From assembly GCA_002429595.1 (NCBI GenBank), contig DJAM01000086.1:4277-68276 (forward strand): a DNA stretch of 64,000 nt, written 5' to 3'. Below, in pieces: positions 19,640 through 30,827 of this stretch. Every line of letters starts with the position of its first letter. Positions within the stretch are counted from its first letter, which is position 1. The notes beneath the pieces were generated by a model. It saw only the letters and a program-made list of their open reading frames with translations. It made no database searches and was not told the DNA's origin. A program made the translations under genes and the position numbers. This stretch comes from Coxiellaceae bacterium UBA6002. GTDB taxonomy: Bacteria > Pseudomonadota > Gammaproteobacteria > UBA6002.

Positions 19640-21106
19640 TTAAGGGAATAAATTTTGCCAGATAGTATCAATTTTATCGGTAACAATAGGACACATTTTA
19701 ATGGGCTGTCCCCATTCGCGATTAGTTTCTCCGGGCCATTTATTGGTTGCATCAAAGCCCATTTTTGAACCTAGTCCTGAGATGGGAGACGCAAAATCTA
19801 AATAATCTATTGGAGTGTTTTCGACCATGACAGTATCACGTGCCGGATCCATGCGAGTGGCCATGGCCCAAATGACGTCTTGCCAATTGCGCGCGTCAAC
19901 GTCTTCATCAACAACGATAATAAACTTGGTATACATAAACTGTTTTAGGAACGACCAAATTCCAAACATTACTCGTTTCGCATGTCCTAAATATTGTTTG
20001 CGTATCGCAACGACAGCAAAGCGATATGAGCATCCTTCAGGAGGTAAATAAAAATCAGTAATCTCAGGAAATTGTTTTTGTAATAATGGAATAAACAACT
20101 CGTTTAATGCCAATCCCAAGATTGCAGGTTCATCAGGTGGGCGTCCTGTATGGGTACTTTGATAAATTGGATTATCACGAAAAGTCACACATTCAACCGT
20201 AAATACTGGAAATTTTTCAACTTCATTATAATAACCGGTATGATCACCGAAAGGACCTTCGTCAGCGACTTCCTCCGGTTCAATATAGCCTTCTAAAACA
20301 ATTTCAGCTTGCGCTGGTACGAGTAAATCTTCATGCAACGTTGTTGCGACTAATTCAGATTTTGCACCTCGTAATAAACCAGCAAAACTATATTCAGATA
20401 GATTATCAGGAACCGGAGTGACAGCGGCGAGCATTGTGGCAGGATCTGCTCCAATCACGACTGCGACAGGAAATCGTTGTCCAGGATGAGTTTTTTGCCA
20501 TTGCTGAAAATCTAAGGCGCCGCCACGATGCGCTAGCCAACGCATCAATAATTTATTTTTACCGATCACTTGTTGTCGATAAATACCTAAATTTTGTCGA
20601 GCTTGGTGTGGACCTTTTGTGACTACAAGCCCCCAAGTGATGAGTGGACTTGCATCTTCTGGCCAACAAGTTTGTATCGGAAGCGCGTTCAAATCGACAT
20701 CGTTGCCTTTCAAAATATTTTGCTGACACAAACCTTTTTTCTGAATTTTAGGGTGCATCGTCAAGATTTGTTTGAATAAAGGTAGTTTTTGCAACGTATC
20801 TTTAAAGCCACGCGGAGGTTCGGGCTCTTTTAAAAATGCTAGCAATTTGCCAAGTTCGCGAAGATCTTGCGCATTGGATTGGCCCATTGCAAACGCAACA
20901 CGTTCTACGGTGCCAAAAAGATTGGTCAAAACGGGGAATTTATATCCTTTGGGATTTTCAAATAAAAGTGCAGGTCCTCCTGTGCGGAGGACGCGGTCAC
21001 TAATCTCGGTAATTTCAAGGCGAGGATCAATTTCAAGATTAATACGTTTTAAATCATCTTTTGCAGCTAATTGCGATAAGAAATCTCGTAAGTCTTGATA
21101 TGGCAT
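19640..21106 (-). CDS. ubiD: 4-hydroxy-3-polyprenylbenzoate decarboxylase
   Basis: 488 aa, [14 protein letters not shown]-terminus and conserved UbiD blocks throughout. Confidence 0.9.
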   Translation of the reverse strand: MPYQDLRDFLSQLAAKDDLKRINLEIDPRLEITEISDRVLRTGGPALLFENPKGYKFPVLTNLFGTVERVAFAMGQSNAQDLRELGKLLAFLKEPEPPRGFKDTLQKLPLFKQILTMHPKIQKKGLCQQNILKGNDVDLNALPIQTCWPEDASPLITWGLVVTKGPHQARQNLGIYRQQVIGKNKLLMRWLAHRGGALDFQQWQKTHPGQRFPVAVVIGADPATMLAAVTPVPDNLSEYSFAGLLRGAKSELVATTLHEDLLVPAQAEIVLEGYIEPEEVADEGPFGDHTGYYNEVEKFPVFTVECVTFRDNPIYQSTHTGRPPDEPAILGLALNELFIPLLQKQFPEITDFYLPPEGCSYRFAVVAIRKQYLGHAKRVMFGIWSFLKQFMYTKFIIVVDEDVDARNWQDVIWAMATRMDPARDTVMVENTPIDYLDFASPISGLGSKMGFDATNKWPGETNREWGQPIKMCPIVTDKIDTIWQNLFP

Positions 21107-21108
21107 CA

Positions 21109-21135
21109 GTATACCCGTAGGGGATGATTTTAGGA
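21109..21135. repeat. Solo terminal inverted repeat of the MITE family (GTATACCCGTAGGGGATGATTTTAGG) between the rho stop and the ubiD start
   Basis: 26/27-nt match to the left TIR of the 57440 copy. No second arm or internal part is present. Confidence 0.5.
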
Positions 21136-22413
21136 GTTACCACCACCACCTTGACGTTTCATGTCATCAAAAAATTCTTCATTCGTTTTGCGAACTTTCA
21201 ATCTATCAATGAGGAATTCAATGGCAGCAATCTTATCCATAGAATGCAGAATCTTTCTTAAGATCCACATTTTTTGTAATTCATCTGGTTTGGTAATTAA
21301 TTCTTCACGTCTGGTGCCAGAACGATTGATATCAATAGCAGGAAATACTCGTTTCTCTGCAATTTCTCTTGAAAGATGGAGTTCCATATTACCGGTACCT
21401 TTGAACTCTTCATAAATAACGTCATCCATCTTAGAGCCGGTGTCTACTAATGCCGTTGCAATGATAGTTAAGCTACCACCACCTTCGACATTACGCGCAG
21501 CACCAAAGAAACGTTTCGGACGTTGTAAGGCGTTAGCATCAACACCACCAGTTAATACTTTACCTGATGCAGGAATAACTGTGTTGTAAGCTCTTGCTAA
21601 ACGGGTAATAGAGTCTAATAAAATGACAACATCATGTTTATGTTCAACTAAGCGCTTAGCTTTTTCGATCACCATCTCCGAAACTTGTACATGGCGCGTA
21701 GCAGGTTCGTCGAAGGTACTTGCAATAACTTCGCCTTTAACTGACCTTTCCATCTCGGTGACTTCTTCAGGGCGTTCGTCAATCAGTAAAACGATGAGAT
21801 AACATTCTGGATGATTCATCGTAATTGCTTGAGCAATATTTTGGAGCATCATCGTCTTACCCGCTTTAGGAGGAGATACGATGAGACCGCGCTGACCTTT
21901 ACCGATTGGTGAAACTAAGTCGATAACTCGGGCAGTAATATCTTCGGTGCTGCCATTGCCGCGTTGCATAACGATACGTTCATTCGGAAAGAGCGGCGTA
22001 AGATTTTCAAAGAGTATTTTATCTTTTGCTTTATCTGGGGTGTCAAAATTAATGTCTTTTACTTGTAACAAAGCAAAGTAACGTTCACCTTCTTTAGGTG
22101 GTCGAATTTTGCCAGAAACCATATCACCAGTTCGAAGTCCAAATTTACGGATTTGACTTGGAGAAACATAAATATCATCGGGGGCGGGCATGAAGGAGCT
22201 TTCGGGGGATCGTAAGAAACCATAACCATCAGTTAGGATTTCGAGTACGCCGTCGCCATAAACTTCCATATTACGTTTGGCATATTCAGTCATAATACCG
22301 ACAATCATGGCCGAATTCGTAGCTCGAGCCATATTTTCGATATTCATCTCCTTAATCATACCCATGAGTTCAGAGGCAGACTTTTTCTTTAATTCATTTA
22401 TATGCATAGACAT
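21130..22413 (-). CDS. rho: transcription termination factor Rho
   Basis: Near-complete match to the Rho architecture (N-terminal RNA-binding domain, Walker [16 protein letters not shown], RecA fold). 427 aa. Confidence 0.95.
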   Translation of the reverse strand: MSMHINELKKKSASELMGMIKEMNIENMARATNSAMIVGIMTEYAKRNMEVYGDGVLEILTDGYGFLRSPESSFMPAPDDIYVSPSQIRKFGLRTGDMVSGKIRPPKEGERYFALLQVKDINFDTPDKAKDKILFENLTPLFPNERIVMQRGNGSTEDITARVIDLVSPIGKGQRGLIVSPPKAGKTMMLQNIAQAITMNHPECYLIVLLIDERPEEVTEMERSVKGEVIASTFDEPATRHVQVSEMVIEKAKRLVEHKHDVVILLDSITRLARAYNTVIPASGKVLTGGVDANALQRPKRFFGAARNVEGGGSLTIIATALVDTGSKMDDVIYEEFKGTGNMELHLSREIAEKRVFPAIDINRSGTRREELITKPDELQKMWILRKILHSMDKIAAIEFLIDRLKVRKTNEEFFDDMKRQGGGGNS

Positions 22414-22565
22414 AGTAGATTCTTTTCGGTTGGATTAAATTAAGACCTTACGCAGAGGTAATTGCTCTGGAAGAAACCATAAATAACGGGAACTTATGAA
22501 AGGTAACAAACTGAAGCCAGTGCATTCTAAAACCTTTCTAACCTATTTTCAACCTGCGGTTTTTA

Positions 22566-22892
22566 TTAGAGGTGTTCATCAAGAAAAGCAGAAAGTTGCG
22601 ATTTTGTTAAAGCGCCGACTTTTGTTGCTGCGACTGTGCCTTGTTTGAAGAGGATAAGAGTTGGTATACCTAAAACATTATATTTAACAGGCGCTTCGGC
22701 ATTTTCATCAATATTGATCTTAGCGATGACTAATTGTCCCTTTCGCTCTTTTGCCACTTCTTCAAGAATCGGCCCAATCATTTTGCAGGGACCACACCAT
22801 TCAGCCCAGAAATCTACCAAGACAGGAATATCCGATTTTAAAACTTCTTTTTCAAAACTATTATCGGTAATTGCTAAGGTATTTTCTGACAT
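22566..22892 (-). CDS. trxA: thioredoxin
   Basis: 108 aa with the WAEWCGPCK active site. Confidence 0.9.
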   Translation of the reverse strand: MSENTLAITDNSFEKEVLKSDIPVLVDFWAEWCGPCKMIGPILEEVAKERKGQLVIAKINIDENAEAPVKYNVLGIPTLILFKQGTVAATKVGALTKSQLSAFLDEHL

Positions 22893-22993
22893 TTAAATCT
22901 TCCTCTGGGTGAAATTAGTAGACATGAAAAAAGGGTGTAGTTATCAATAATATATGGGTCCTGAGTCAAATTTCAAGTGTTTACCTGAATCAA

Positions 22994-23575
22994 CTATAGA
23001 ATCATCTTTGGCGCACCAAGTAAAACCAGTGAGTAAGTGGTAAACATAGAAATGACTTTTAACCCTATCATAACAATTATAGGTGTCCAATCAAAACCTT
23101 TCCATGGCGGCAAACGTTTTCTAACGGGTCTTAAGACTGGTTCGGTCAATATATAGATAATCTGGGTTGAAGGATGGTTAGAATAAATTGGTAAAATCCA
23201 GCTAATTAAGACCCTAAACAGGATTGCAAAGAAGTAAAAATCAAGAAAGCTATTAATAATTAAGAAAATACTCCACAGCATCATTAGGAGCAGATTCGGT
23301 ACTTGCCAAGCTAAAATAAACAGCAAGATTAATTTTAGGTTTTCTAATAAAAATAATACTGCTAATAACGCGAAATCCACTTCTCGATAGTTTGGAATGA
23401 TGCGATGAATGGGGTCTAGAAGTGGTTGGGTATAACGCAGAATATATTGGCGAATGGGATGATGATGGCCAGTTCCAACAACTTCCAATAGAAATTGAAA
23501 AATAACCATATAGATGATTAAGCTGAAACTAACCGAAATAAAAAAACTCAAGATTGCTTGGATGATACTTAGCAT
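22994..23575 (-). CDS. yggT: YggT-family membrane protein
   Basis: 193 aa, four TM segments, duplicated YGGT-like half repeats. Adjacent to proC as in many gammaproteobacteria. Confidence 0.55.
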   Translation of the reverse strand: MLSIIQAILSFFISVSFSLIIYMVIFQFLLEVVGTGHHHPIRQYILRYTQPLLDPIHRIIPNYREVDFALLAVLFLLENLKLILLFILAWQVPNLLLMMLWSIFLIINSFLDFYFFAILFRVLISWILPIYSNHPSTQIIYILTEPVLRPVRKRLPPWKGFDWTPIIVMIGLKVISMFTTYSLVLLGAPKMIL

Positions 23576-23597
23576 ATTATTTTCTCTAACATTTTTA

Positions 23598-23692
23598 TTC
23601 CCTCTCCCGCTTGCGGGAGAGGGCTAGGGTGAGGGTGCTTCCCGATACCCCCTCACCCCAACTCTCTCCCCCAAGGGGGAGAGGGAGGGTTG
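23598..23692. repeat. Repeat family A cluster: three consecutive hairpins (CCCTCTCCCGC-TTGC-GCGGGAGAGGG; GGGTGAGGG..CCCTCACCC; CTCTCCCCC-AA-GGGGGAGAG)
   Basis: Read directly. The same three modules occur in a different, nested order at 53101..53220. Confidence 0.5.
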
Positions 23693-23712
23693 TTAACTGC
23701 AGAAGGTTTCGA

Positions 23713-24537
23713 TCACTTAATCGACTGTGCTAGCTGCACTGCTTTATCATGAGCTGCACTTAAGGCTTGATCAACCAGATCTGCCAACTTACCTTGTTCG
23801 AAAGCTTTTATAGCTTGCTCAGTAGTCCCTCCTGGCGAGGTAACTTGACGACGAAGCTCAGAAATTTCTTTGTCGCTTTCAAGGGCCATACGGGCAGCTC
23901 CAAGTGCGGTATTCACCGTCAAGAGTTGCGCCTGATCTTGAGTTAAGCCTTTTTTGGTCGCCCAATCATTTATGTATTCCATAAACAAGAAGAAATAGGC
24001 AGGTCCTGATCCCGACAGCGCTGTGACAATATTCAAGTCGTCCTCTTTGGAGAACCACATGGTTATACCGACCGCCCGTAAGATGGATTCTGCAATAATG
24101 CGCTGTTCTTCCGAAACAAACTGATTGGCAAATAATCCTGTTACACCACTACGAAGCAAGGCAGGAGTGTTTGGCATAGCCCGGACAATTGGTAAATCAG
24201 GACATTCTGTCCATTGCGACATCGTTTGACAGGTGATACCCGTTACAATAGAAATCACTAAAGGCTTTCTTTGCAGGAACACATCGTTGAGCTCTAAAGC
24301 TACGTTCTTTAATTCACTTGGTTTGACCGCGAACACAATCACATCAGCCTGTACCACAGCTTCTTTATTATCGGGTGTCGTTTTGATTCCAAACGTCTTC
24401 TTAAGAGATTCCAGTCGCTCTGATAAGGGATTGGTGGCCCAGATAGAATTGGCGGGATAGTTATCGGCTATGAGCCCGCCAATTAAACTTCCCGCCATGT
24501 TACCGGCGCCAATAAAGGCTATTGTGGGTTGATTCAT
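23713..24537 (-). CDS. proC: pyrroline-5-carboxylate reductase
   Basis: 274 aa, N-terminal Rossmann GAGNMA motif and the ProC C-terminal dimerisation domain. Confidence 0.85.
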   Translation of the reverse strand: MNQPTIAFIGAGNMAGSLIGGLIADNYPANSIWATNPLSERLESLKKTFGIKTTPDNKEAVVQADVIVFAVKPSELKNVALELNDVFLQRKPLVISIVTGITCQTMSQWTECPDLPIVRAMPNTPALLRSGVTGLFANQFVSEEQRIIAESILRAVGITMWFSKEDDLNIVTALSGSGPAYFFLFMEYINDWATKKGLTQDQAQLLTVNTALGAARMALESDKEISELRRQVTSPGGTTEQAIKAFEQGKLADLVDQALSAAHDKAVQLAQSIK

Positions 24538-24547
24538 TTAAAAACCA

Positions 24548-26104
24548 CTACTCTTTAGGGCCAGCGTTTACGATTTCTTCGCTAACATTAAATTTTCTGA
24601 AATTGTTAAGGAACAAATTAATTAGGATCTTATTTTCTTCATGATAACTGTTGCTATCCGCCCAAGTATTTTGTGGGTTCAACAGGTTTTGATCCACACC
24701 TGGAATTTCTTTAGGTATATGGAGCTCAAATCCAGGTAAAATCTCAGTAGCTACGCCTCTAAGACTGCCATTGAGTATTGCCCGAATAATGGCACGAGTT
24801 GTTGGAATCGAGAATCGCTTGCCACCTTTACCGTAGCCACCACCGGTCCAGCCGGTATTGACCAGATAAACCTGAGCCCCCGTTTCTTCAATACGTTTCA
24901 TTAACAAATTCGCATAAACCTGTGCCGGTCTTGGGAAAAAGGGTGCTCCAAAACAGGTGCTGAATGTCGGTGCCACAGCAGAAGTACTGCCAACTTCAGT
25001 ACTACCGACATGCGCGGTATAACCACTTAAGAAGTGGTAAGCGGCTTGTTCCTTAGTTAACAAGGAAACGGGAGGTAATACCCCGAATAAATCACAAGTT
25101 AAGAAAATCACCGCATTGGGAGTTCCTGCTTTGTTTTCTTTGATTCTCTTTTCAATGAAATCTAAAGGATAGGCTGCTCGAGTATTTTGAGTGAATTTGC
25201 TGTCTGAATAGTCTGGCTCAGCCGTTTGTGGATTCAAAACGACGTTTTCTAATACCGTACCGTAGCGAATGGCATTCCAAATAAGAGGCTCATTTTCCTG
25301 AGATAGGTTGATACATTTAGCGTAACAACCACCTTCGAAGTTAAAAATTCCCTCTTTGCTCCAACCGTGTTCGTCATCACCAATGAGAAAACGTTCTGGA
25401 TCTGCTGACAGGGTTGTTTTGCCAGTACCAGATAAACCGAAAAATAGTGCTACATCGCCGTCGGCACCGGCATTAGCGGCGCAGTGCATAGGTAATACAT
25501 CATATTCCGGTAAGATATAGTTCAACACTGAGAACATGGCTTTTTTCATTTCGCCGGCGTAAAGCGTGCCACAAATCAGAATTCGCTTATCAATCATGTT
25601 CAAAATGACAGCGGCATCGCCCTTAGTATGATCACGAGCTGGATCAGGTATGAAGCTTGGGACGCTTAAGACGGTCCATGGGGATTCGCCATGACCACTA
25701 ATTTTTTCGCGAATGAATAAATTTCTTGCAAATAGATTGTGCCAAGCCAACTCTGAAATCACTGTGACTGGAAGGGAATAGCGGGCCTCGGCGCCAACTT
25801 GCAGATGAGAGATGAAATGTTCCTTACCTTCGAGCATTGCTGAAGCCCGAGCCCAAAGACTATCAAAATGAACTTTTTCAAAAGGTTGGTTAATTTGATT
25901 CCAATCAACCGTGTCATCGGTCATGGCGTCTTTGACGATAAACCGGTCTTTTGGAGAGCGGCCGGTTCTTTTACCCGTGTTCACTGTAAGTGCTTCATCG
26001 GCACTTAAAACACCTTCACCGCGTTCTAATGCTTTATTTATTAATTCTTCGGGAGATAAATCGATACAACAGCGATCAGTGGCAACATCATTCATCATAA
26101 CCAT
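24548..26104 (-). CDS. pckA: phosphoenolpyruvate carboxykinase (ATP)
   Basis: 518 aa, kinase-1a motif [13 protein letters not shown] and PEPCK signature blocks. Confidence 0.9.
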   Translation of the reverse strand: MVMMNDVATDRCCIDLSPEELINKALERGEGVLSADEALTVNTGKRTGRSPKDRFIVKDAMTDDTVDWNQINQPFEKVHFDSLWARASAMLEGKEHFISHLQVGAEARYSLPVTVISELAWHNLFARNLFIREKISGHGESPWTVLSVPSFIPDPARDHTKGDAAVILNMIDKRILICGTLYAGEMKKAMFSVLNYILPEYDVLPMHCAANAGADGDVALFFGLSGTGKTTLSADPERFLIGDDEHGWSKEGIFNFEGGCYAKCINLSQENEPLIWNAIRYGTVLENVVLNPQTAEPDYSDSKFTQNTRAAYPLDFIEKRIKENKAGTPNAVIFLTCDLFGVLPPVSLLTKEQAAYHFLSGYTAHVGSTEVGSTSAVAPTFSTCFGAPFFPRPAQVYANLLMKRIEETGAQVYLVNTGWTGGGYGKGGKRFSIPTTRAIIRAILNGSLRGVATEILPGFELHIPKEIPGVDQNLLNPQNTWADSNSYHEENKILINLFLNNFRKFNVSEEIVNAGPKE

Positions 26105-26215
26105 ACTCCTGCGTTACATAAGGGGGAATTAAAAAGTGTAAGAATTATTACAGAAATACCTAATTCATGGTATAGACTTATACCATTAACTAGCCAAAGT
26201 GAGAAGAGCACAATA

Positions 26216-26776
26216 ATGAGTGAGATAAGCTTTAAAAATCGCTTTTTAATCGCGATGCCAACTCTCAATGATCCCTACTTTCATCAAACTGTAACCTTAT
26301 TATTTGAACATAATGATAAAGGTGCTATGGGTTTAATTATTAATAAACCGCTTGATATTTCTTTAGGCGAAATTTTACAGCATCTCAATATTCCCTTAAC
26401 AAATTCTGAGCTCGATAAAGATAAAGTTTTGCTAGGTGGTCCAGTCGCCGCTGAACAAGGTTTCATCATACATACCCATCCAGAACTTTGCCCCGGAGAT
26501 ATTGTCGATCAAAATCATAAAATTACTGTCTCTGCGTCTAAAGAAGTGTTACAGAATATTGTCGAGAAGCAGCCCGACAATATTTTGGTTTGTTTGGGTT
26601 ATTCTGCTTGGAAGGAAGGACAACTAGAACAAGAAATTGCAGATAATGCTTGGATCTTGGCTGATGTTGATCCAGGTGTCTTATTTCAGCTTCCCTTTCA
26701 GCAACGTTGGAAGGCGTCTGGTTTATTAGTAGGTGTCGATTTTGATCGTCTGTCAGGTGATGTTGGACACGGTTAG
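26216..26776 (+). CDS. yqgE: YqgE/AlgH family protein (UPF0301)
   Basis: 186 aa, FLIAMP...DP.F..TV.L..EH...GAMGLIINKP signature. Confidence 0.8.
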   Translation: MSEISFKNRFLIAMPTLNDPYFHQTVTLLFEHNDKGAMGLIINKPLDISLGEILQHLNIPLTNSELDKDKVLLGGPVAAEQGFIIHTHPELCPGDIVDQNHKITVSASKEVLQNIVEKQPDNILVCLGYSAWKEGQLEQEIADNAWILADVDPGVLFQLPFQQRWKASGLLVGVDFDRLSGDVGHG

Positions 26777-27199
26777 TTGATACACCATACCTTAATCGCT
26801 TTTGATTTTGGCACGAAGAAAATTGGTGTTGCCGTAGGCCAAATGATTACGCAAACGGCTACACCGGTGGAACATTTAAGCAATTCGCCTGCAATTTGGA
26901 ACGCGATTTCAAATTTAATGTCAAAATGGCACCCAAATGCTTTCGTCGTCGGTATCCCGCTTAATATGGATGGTAGTACTCAGCCGATTACGGCCAAGGC
27001 CAAAGCATTCGCAAAAGAGTTAGCAGCGAAGTTCTGCTTACAGGTGTATGAGGTTGATGAACGACTGACGACAGTTGAAGCTAAGCAGATGCTTTATGAG
27101 CTTGGTGGTTATAAAGCGCTGCAAAATATCTCAGTGGATAGTTTTGCGGCTAAATTAATTCTAGAATCATGGATGAGACAGCAGCAACAAGATGAGTAA
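26777..27199 (+). CDS. ruvX: Holliday-junction resolvase-like RuvX (YqgF)
   Basis: 140 aa, LIAFDFGTKKIGVAVGQ N-terminus, conserved yqgE-yqgF-pyrB order. Confidence 0.85.
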   Translation: MIHHTLIAFDFGTKKIGVAVGQMITQTATPVEHLSNSPAIWNAISNLMSKWHPNAFVVGIPLNMDGSTQPITAKAKAFAKELAAKFCLQVYEVDERLTTVEAKQMLYELGGYKALQNISVDSFAAKLILESWMRQQQQDE

Positions 27200-28127
27200 C
27201 AAAATGAGGCACTTACTAAATCTTGAATCACTCAGTAAAACTGAAATTCTAGATATTTTGAAACTTGCTAAACATTTTCATCAACATCCTACGAGCCTTG
27301 ATAATCGTCAAATTCTTTTTGGAAAGACAATCATCAATCTTTTCTTTGAGAACAGCACTCGTACCCGCAGCAGTTTTGAAATAGCTGCCAAGCGGCTAGG
27401 GGCTGATGTAATCAACTTTAATGTCGACTCTTCTTCTACAAAGAAAGGAGAAAGCCTACTCGACACTGTTGATAATTTAAGTGCGATGGAAGCTGATCTC
27501 TTTATCATTCGACATACTTCAAGTGGTGCGGCTGAATTTTTGACTAAACATCTAAAGACCCCTGCTTCTATTATTAATGCGGGTGATGGTTGTCATGAAC
27601 ATCCCTCACAAGGCTTGCTCGATTTATTCGCCATCCAACACTACAAGCAAGATTTTACTAAACTCAAAGTAGCGATTGTTGGTGATATTTTGCATTCCCG
27701 AGTCGCTAGATCTCTGATTCATGGTCTGTCTATCCTAGGAACGCAGCAGATTTGTGTTGTGGGACCCAAAACCCTCGTGCCAAAAGAATTAGTGCGATTA
27801 GGCGTTAAGATTTACCATTCTTTAGCAGATGGTATTGATCAAGCCGATGTCATAGTAATGTTGCGATTACAAAAAGAACGGATGAAGAGTGTTTACTTAC
27901 CTAGTGAAGCCGAGTTTCGATATTTATACGGAATCGATTCCCAAAAACTAAAGGCGGCTAAAAAAGATGTCATCTTAATGCACCCTGGTCCCATCAATCG
28001 TGGCGTTGAGATTTCAAGTGGTGTTGCAGATGGACCTAATTCGATCATCTTGAAGCAAGTGACTTTTGGCGTGGCAGTACGGATGGCGATTATGACTCGA
28101 TTACTTAATCCAGAGGTTTCACTATGA
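27192..28127 (+). CDS. pyrB: aspartate carbamoyltransferase catalytic subunit
   Basis: 311 aa, STRTR and HPxQ motifs. Confidence 0.9.
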   Translation: MSNKMRHLLNLESLSKTEILDILKLAKHFHQHPTSLDNRQILFGKTIINLFFENSTRTRSSFEIAAKRLGADVINFNVDSSSTKKGESLLDTVDNLSAMEADLFIIRHTSSGAAEFLTKHLKTPASIINAGDGCHEHPSQGLLDLFAIQHYKQDFTKLKVAIVGDILHSRVARSLIHGLSILGTQQICVVGPKTLVPKELVRLGVKIYHSLADGIDQADVIVMLRLQKERMKSVYLPSEAEFRYLYGIDSQKLKAAKKDVILMHPGPINRGVEISSGVADGPNSIILKQVTFGVAVRMAIMTRLLNPEVSL

Positions 28128-29410
28128 CAAAGATAGCGATACTTGGCGGTAGAATTGTAGATCCTGCAAACCAAATCGATCAAATCGGAGATTTAACGGT
28201 CGCAGCAGGTAAGGTACTTGGTATCCAAAAAAAGCTGGAGGACTTTACTCCTGACGTGACCATCGATGCCACCAACTTGATCGTTTGTCCTGGACTAGTC
28301 GATCTCAATGCAGATTTATTGATGACTCAAATGAGCTCTAGTGAGCGGTTTTGGCAGCAGCGACAACAAGCGTTGCAAGCGGGTATTACCCATATTGCTA
28401 CCAGTGCCTTCATCGATGATCGTTCCTTGCAAATTCCAGAAATTGAATATTACGCGAAGTCGCAACCACATCTTGGGAGCATGGCCGATATTAGTTTGAT
28501 CGGACCGCTGACAGAAAATCTAGAAGGAACCCGGCTATCAGAGTTACAGCTCCTTGCCAATGCTGGCTGCATAGGTTTTAGCAATGGTGAGCGCTCTATT
28601 GTAAATACATTGGTGAAACGCCGTTGCTATGATTACGCTGCCATGTTAGGTGCGAAGATCTATATCAATCCTGAAGATACTTTTCTAGGCGCTCAAGGAA
28701 TGATGCACGAAGGTGAAGTCAGCTTACGCTTAGGAATTTCTGGAATACCGGCGCTTGCTGAGACATTAGCTTTAGCTCAAGAATTATTATTGATAGAAGA
28801 AACCGAGGTACCAGCTCATTTTCGACACCTTACGAGCGCTAAATCTGTAGCATTGTTAGCGCGTGCAATGCAAGAAGGTCTGAAAGTAACTAGCGATGTG
28901 GCCATTCCTCACCTTTACTTAACTGATATGGATGTTGAACTCGATTCTGGCCTAACGAACGTCAGACCTCCACTTCGGTCAAGCGAGGATTTGCGTGTAC
29001 TTCGTGATGGCATTAAAGATGGCATGATTCAAGTCATCACATCTGACCACGTCTATCGTTCTGCTGTTAAAAAAGATCTTCCTTTCCAAGATGCGCAACC
29101 GGGAATAGCTTCTTGGCCAGTATTGTTACCACTCGTGCTTCGTTTAGTGGAAGAAGCCGATCTGTCACTCAGCGCGGCACTTGCCTGTATCACTCATCAT
29201 CCTGCCAAAATATTAGGTATCGATGCCGGTCATTTATCGGTAGGCGCGAAGGCTAATATCGTTATATTCGATCCCAAAGAAGAGTGGACCTTACAGCAAG
29301 AAGAGCTAAATATTTTTGGACACAATAATCCGTTCAAAAACTGGTTATTAAAAGGCAAGGTAAAACAGGTTATCAATCACGGTCGGCTTGTGAGTGGCGG
29401 TGTGTCGTAA
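28124..29410 (+). CDS. dihydroorotase-like protein (PyrC'-type, associated with pyrB)
   Basis: 428-aa amidohydrolase-fold protein translationally coupled to pyrB, as in Pseudomonas pyrB-pyrC'. Whether the metal ligands are intact was not verified. Confidence 0.7.
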   Translation: MTKIAILGGRIVDPANQIDQIGDLTVAAGKVLGIQKKLEDFTPDVTIDATNLIVCPGLVDLNADLLMTQMSSSERFWQQRQQALQAGITHIATSAFIDDRSLQIPEIEYYAKSQPHLGSMADISLIGPLTENLEGTRLSELQLLANAGCIGFSNGERSIVNTLVKRRCYDYAAMLGAKIYINPEDTFLGAQGMMHEGEVSLRLGISGIPALAETLALAQELLLIEETEVPAHFRHLTSAKSVALLARAMQEGLKVTSDVAIPHLYLTDMDVELDSGLTNVRPPLRSSEDLRVLRDGIKDGMIQVITSDHVYRSAVKKDLPFQDAQPGIASWPVLLPLVLRLVEEADLSLSAALACITHHPAKILGIDAGHLSVGAKANIVIFDPKEEWTLQQEELNIFGHNNPFKNWLLKGKVKQVINHGRLVSGGVS

Positions 29411-29772
29411 TTGGGTTGCGAGCTGGCTAGCTTAGGAATGCGATTTGAGATATCAATTCTCACCTTTGGACCCACACTTTAAAAAAATCATGTTTTTGGT
29501 TGGCTTCTTTCCAGCTTTGCTTAGATCTAACGGTTTGCACGATGAAAGCAACAAACCCCTGTCACTTTTTTCACTTTCTCTGGATCTGGTAGTGTACTGA
29601 CACCGACATAAGTAAGGATAATAATTAATATGTCGCAGGGAAGTGTGCGCAATGAATATTGGTTTTTATCCTTAAAACCTTGGAAGCAGTAATAGCTTGT
29701 TCAACAAATCGCAATTCTTTTGCTTTTTTATTCAAGGGATAAAATATTTATTCAGGAGGTTTACTGGATAGA

Positions 29773-30816
29773 TTAGTCTTTGGACTTAAACCCTAAAGCA
29801 GCTAATCGTCTCTTAATATTCGGGTGCGTAGAAAAAAGATCGGACAATGACTGAACCACGCTAATACCAGCTTGCTTAGGATCGTAAATATAAGCTTCGC
29901 GCCGAATCGACTCATGAGGGGTCCTATTGTATTGCGCTTGGTATTTATCGGCATTTTGAACGTGGTCATTTGAGATTTTTAGAAGCGCCGAGGCAAGCGG
30001 CTGATTATCTCGCATTAATTCAACACAACCAGCATCAGCCATATACTCTCTAGTGCGGCTCAAATAAAAAATGAGCAAAATAGTAATTATCGGTAACACT
30101 ATTCTTAAAATCATAATAATCAAAAACAGATTATTGCGACCATTTCGTTCTTCTCTGTCACGACCACCCCAAATGACACTTCGAAATAGCAAATCAATAA
30201 CAATGAGTGTAATGTTAGATAACACAGCAGCCATTAAAGTTAATTTAATGTCCATATGTCGAATGTGACTCAATTCGTGCGCCATCACTGCCTGTAATTC
30301 GGCCCGATTAAGTTTGGTCATCAATCCGCTAGTAATTGCGACCATGGACGATTTTTCACTATAGCCTGTTGCAAAAGCATTCATATAATCTGCATCAATC
30401 ACGTAGACCTTGGGCATGTAGGCTAAATTAGAGGCGATCTTCATTTCTTCGACGACATTATAAAGCTGTGTTTCTTGTGGCGTTCGTGCAGTGGTAGGAG
30501 TGATTTCATGGTATTGCGTACCGAGCAACATTAAACGATTGTGAAAAACAAATGTCACCCAAATAGCAATCAGTGCAATGCCCGCCAAAATCAAAGTCAC
30601 CGTCGGAAAAATTTTAAAATGAATCAATGCAGAAAAGATTTGTGACAGACTAGCGTGTGGATAACGTTGAGCATTCAAATACAAATCGACGACTAAACCT
30701 AAGCCCGCATAAATCAAAATAAATGAAACGATAACAAAATACGTACGATGAGTGTTGGTGCGTATTTGCTTTCGCCAGTCGCCAGTTGACTGCTGAAAAT
30801 TTTTAAGATCGCTCAT
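29773..30816 (-). CDS. M48-family zinc metallopeptidase (HtpX-like) membrane protein
   Basis: HELSHIRH (HExxH) with flanking TM segments. 347 aa. Confidence 0.7.
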   Translation of the reverse strand: MSDLKNFQQSTGDWRKQIRTNTHRTYFVIVSFILIYAGLGLVVDLYLNAQRYPHASLSQIFSALIHFKIFPTVTLILAGIALIAIWVTFVFHNRLMLLGTQYHEITPTTARTPQETQLYNVVEEMKIASNLAYMPKVYVIDADYMNAFATGYSEKSSMVAITSGLMTKLNRAELQAVMAHELSHIRHMDIKLTLMAAVLSNITLIVIDLLFRSVIWGGRDREERNGRNNLFLIIMILRIVLPIITILLIFYLSRTREYMADAGCVELMRDNQPLASALLKISNDHVQNADKYQAQYNRTPHESIRREAYIYDPKQAGISVVQSLSDLFSTHPNIKRRLAALGFKSKD

Positions 30817-30827
30817 CAGCTTAAATC

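Noticed and set aside
22414-22565. Unannotated 150-bp region between rho and trxA
   Set aside because: Consistent with the usual long rho leader/attenuator region. No distinct repeat or ORF seen.
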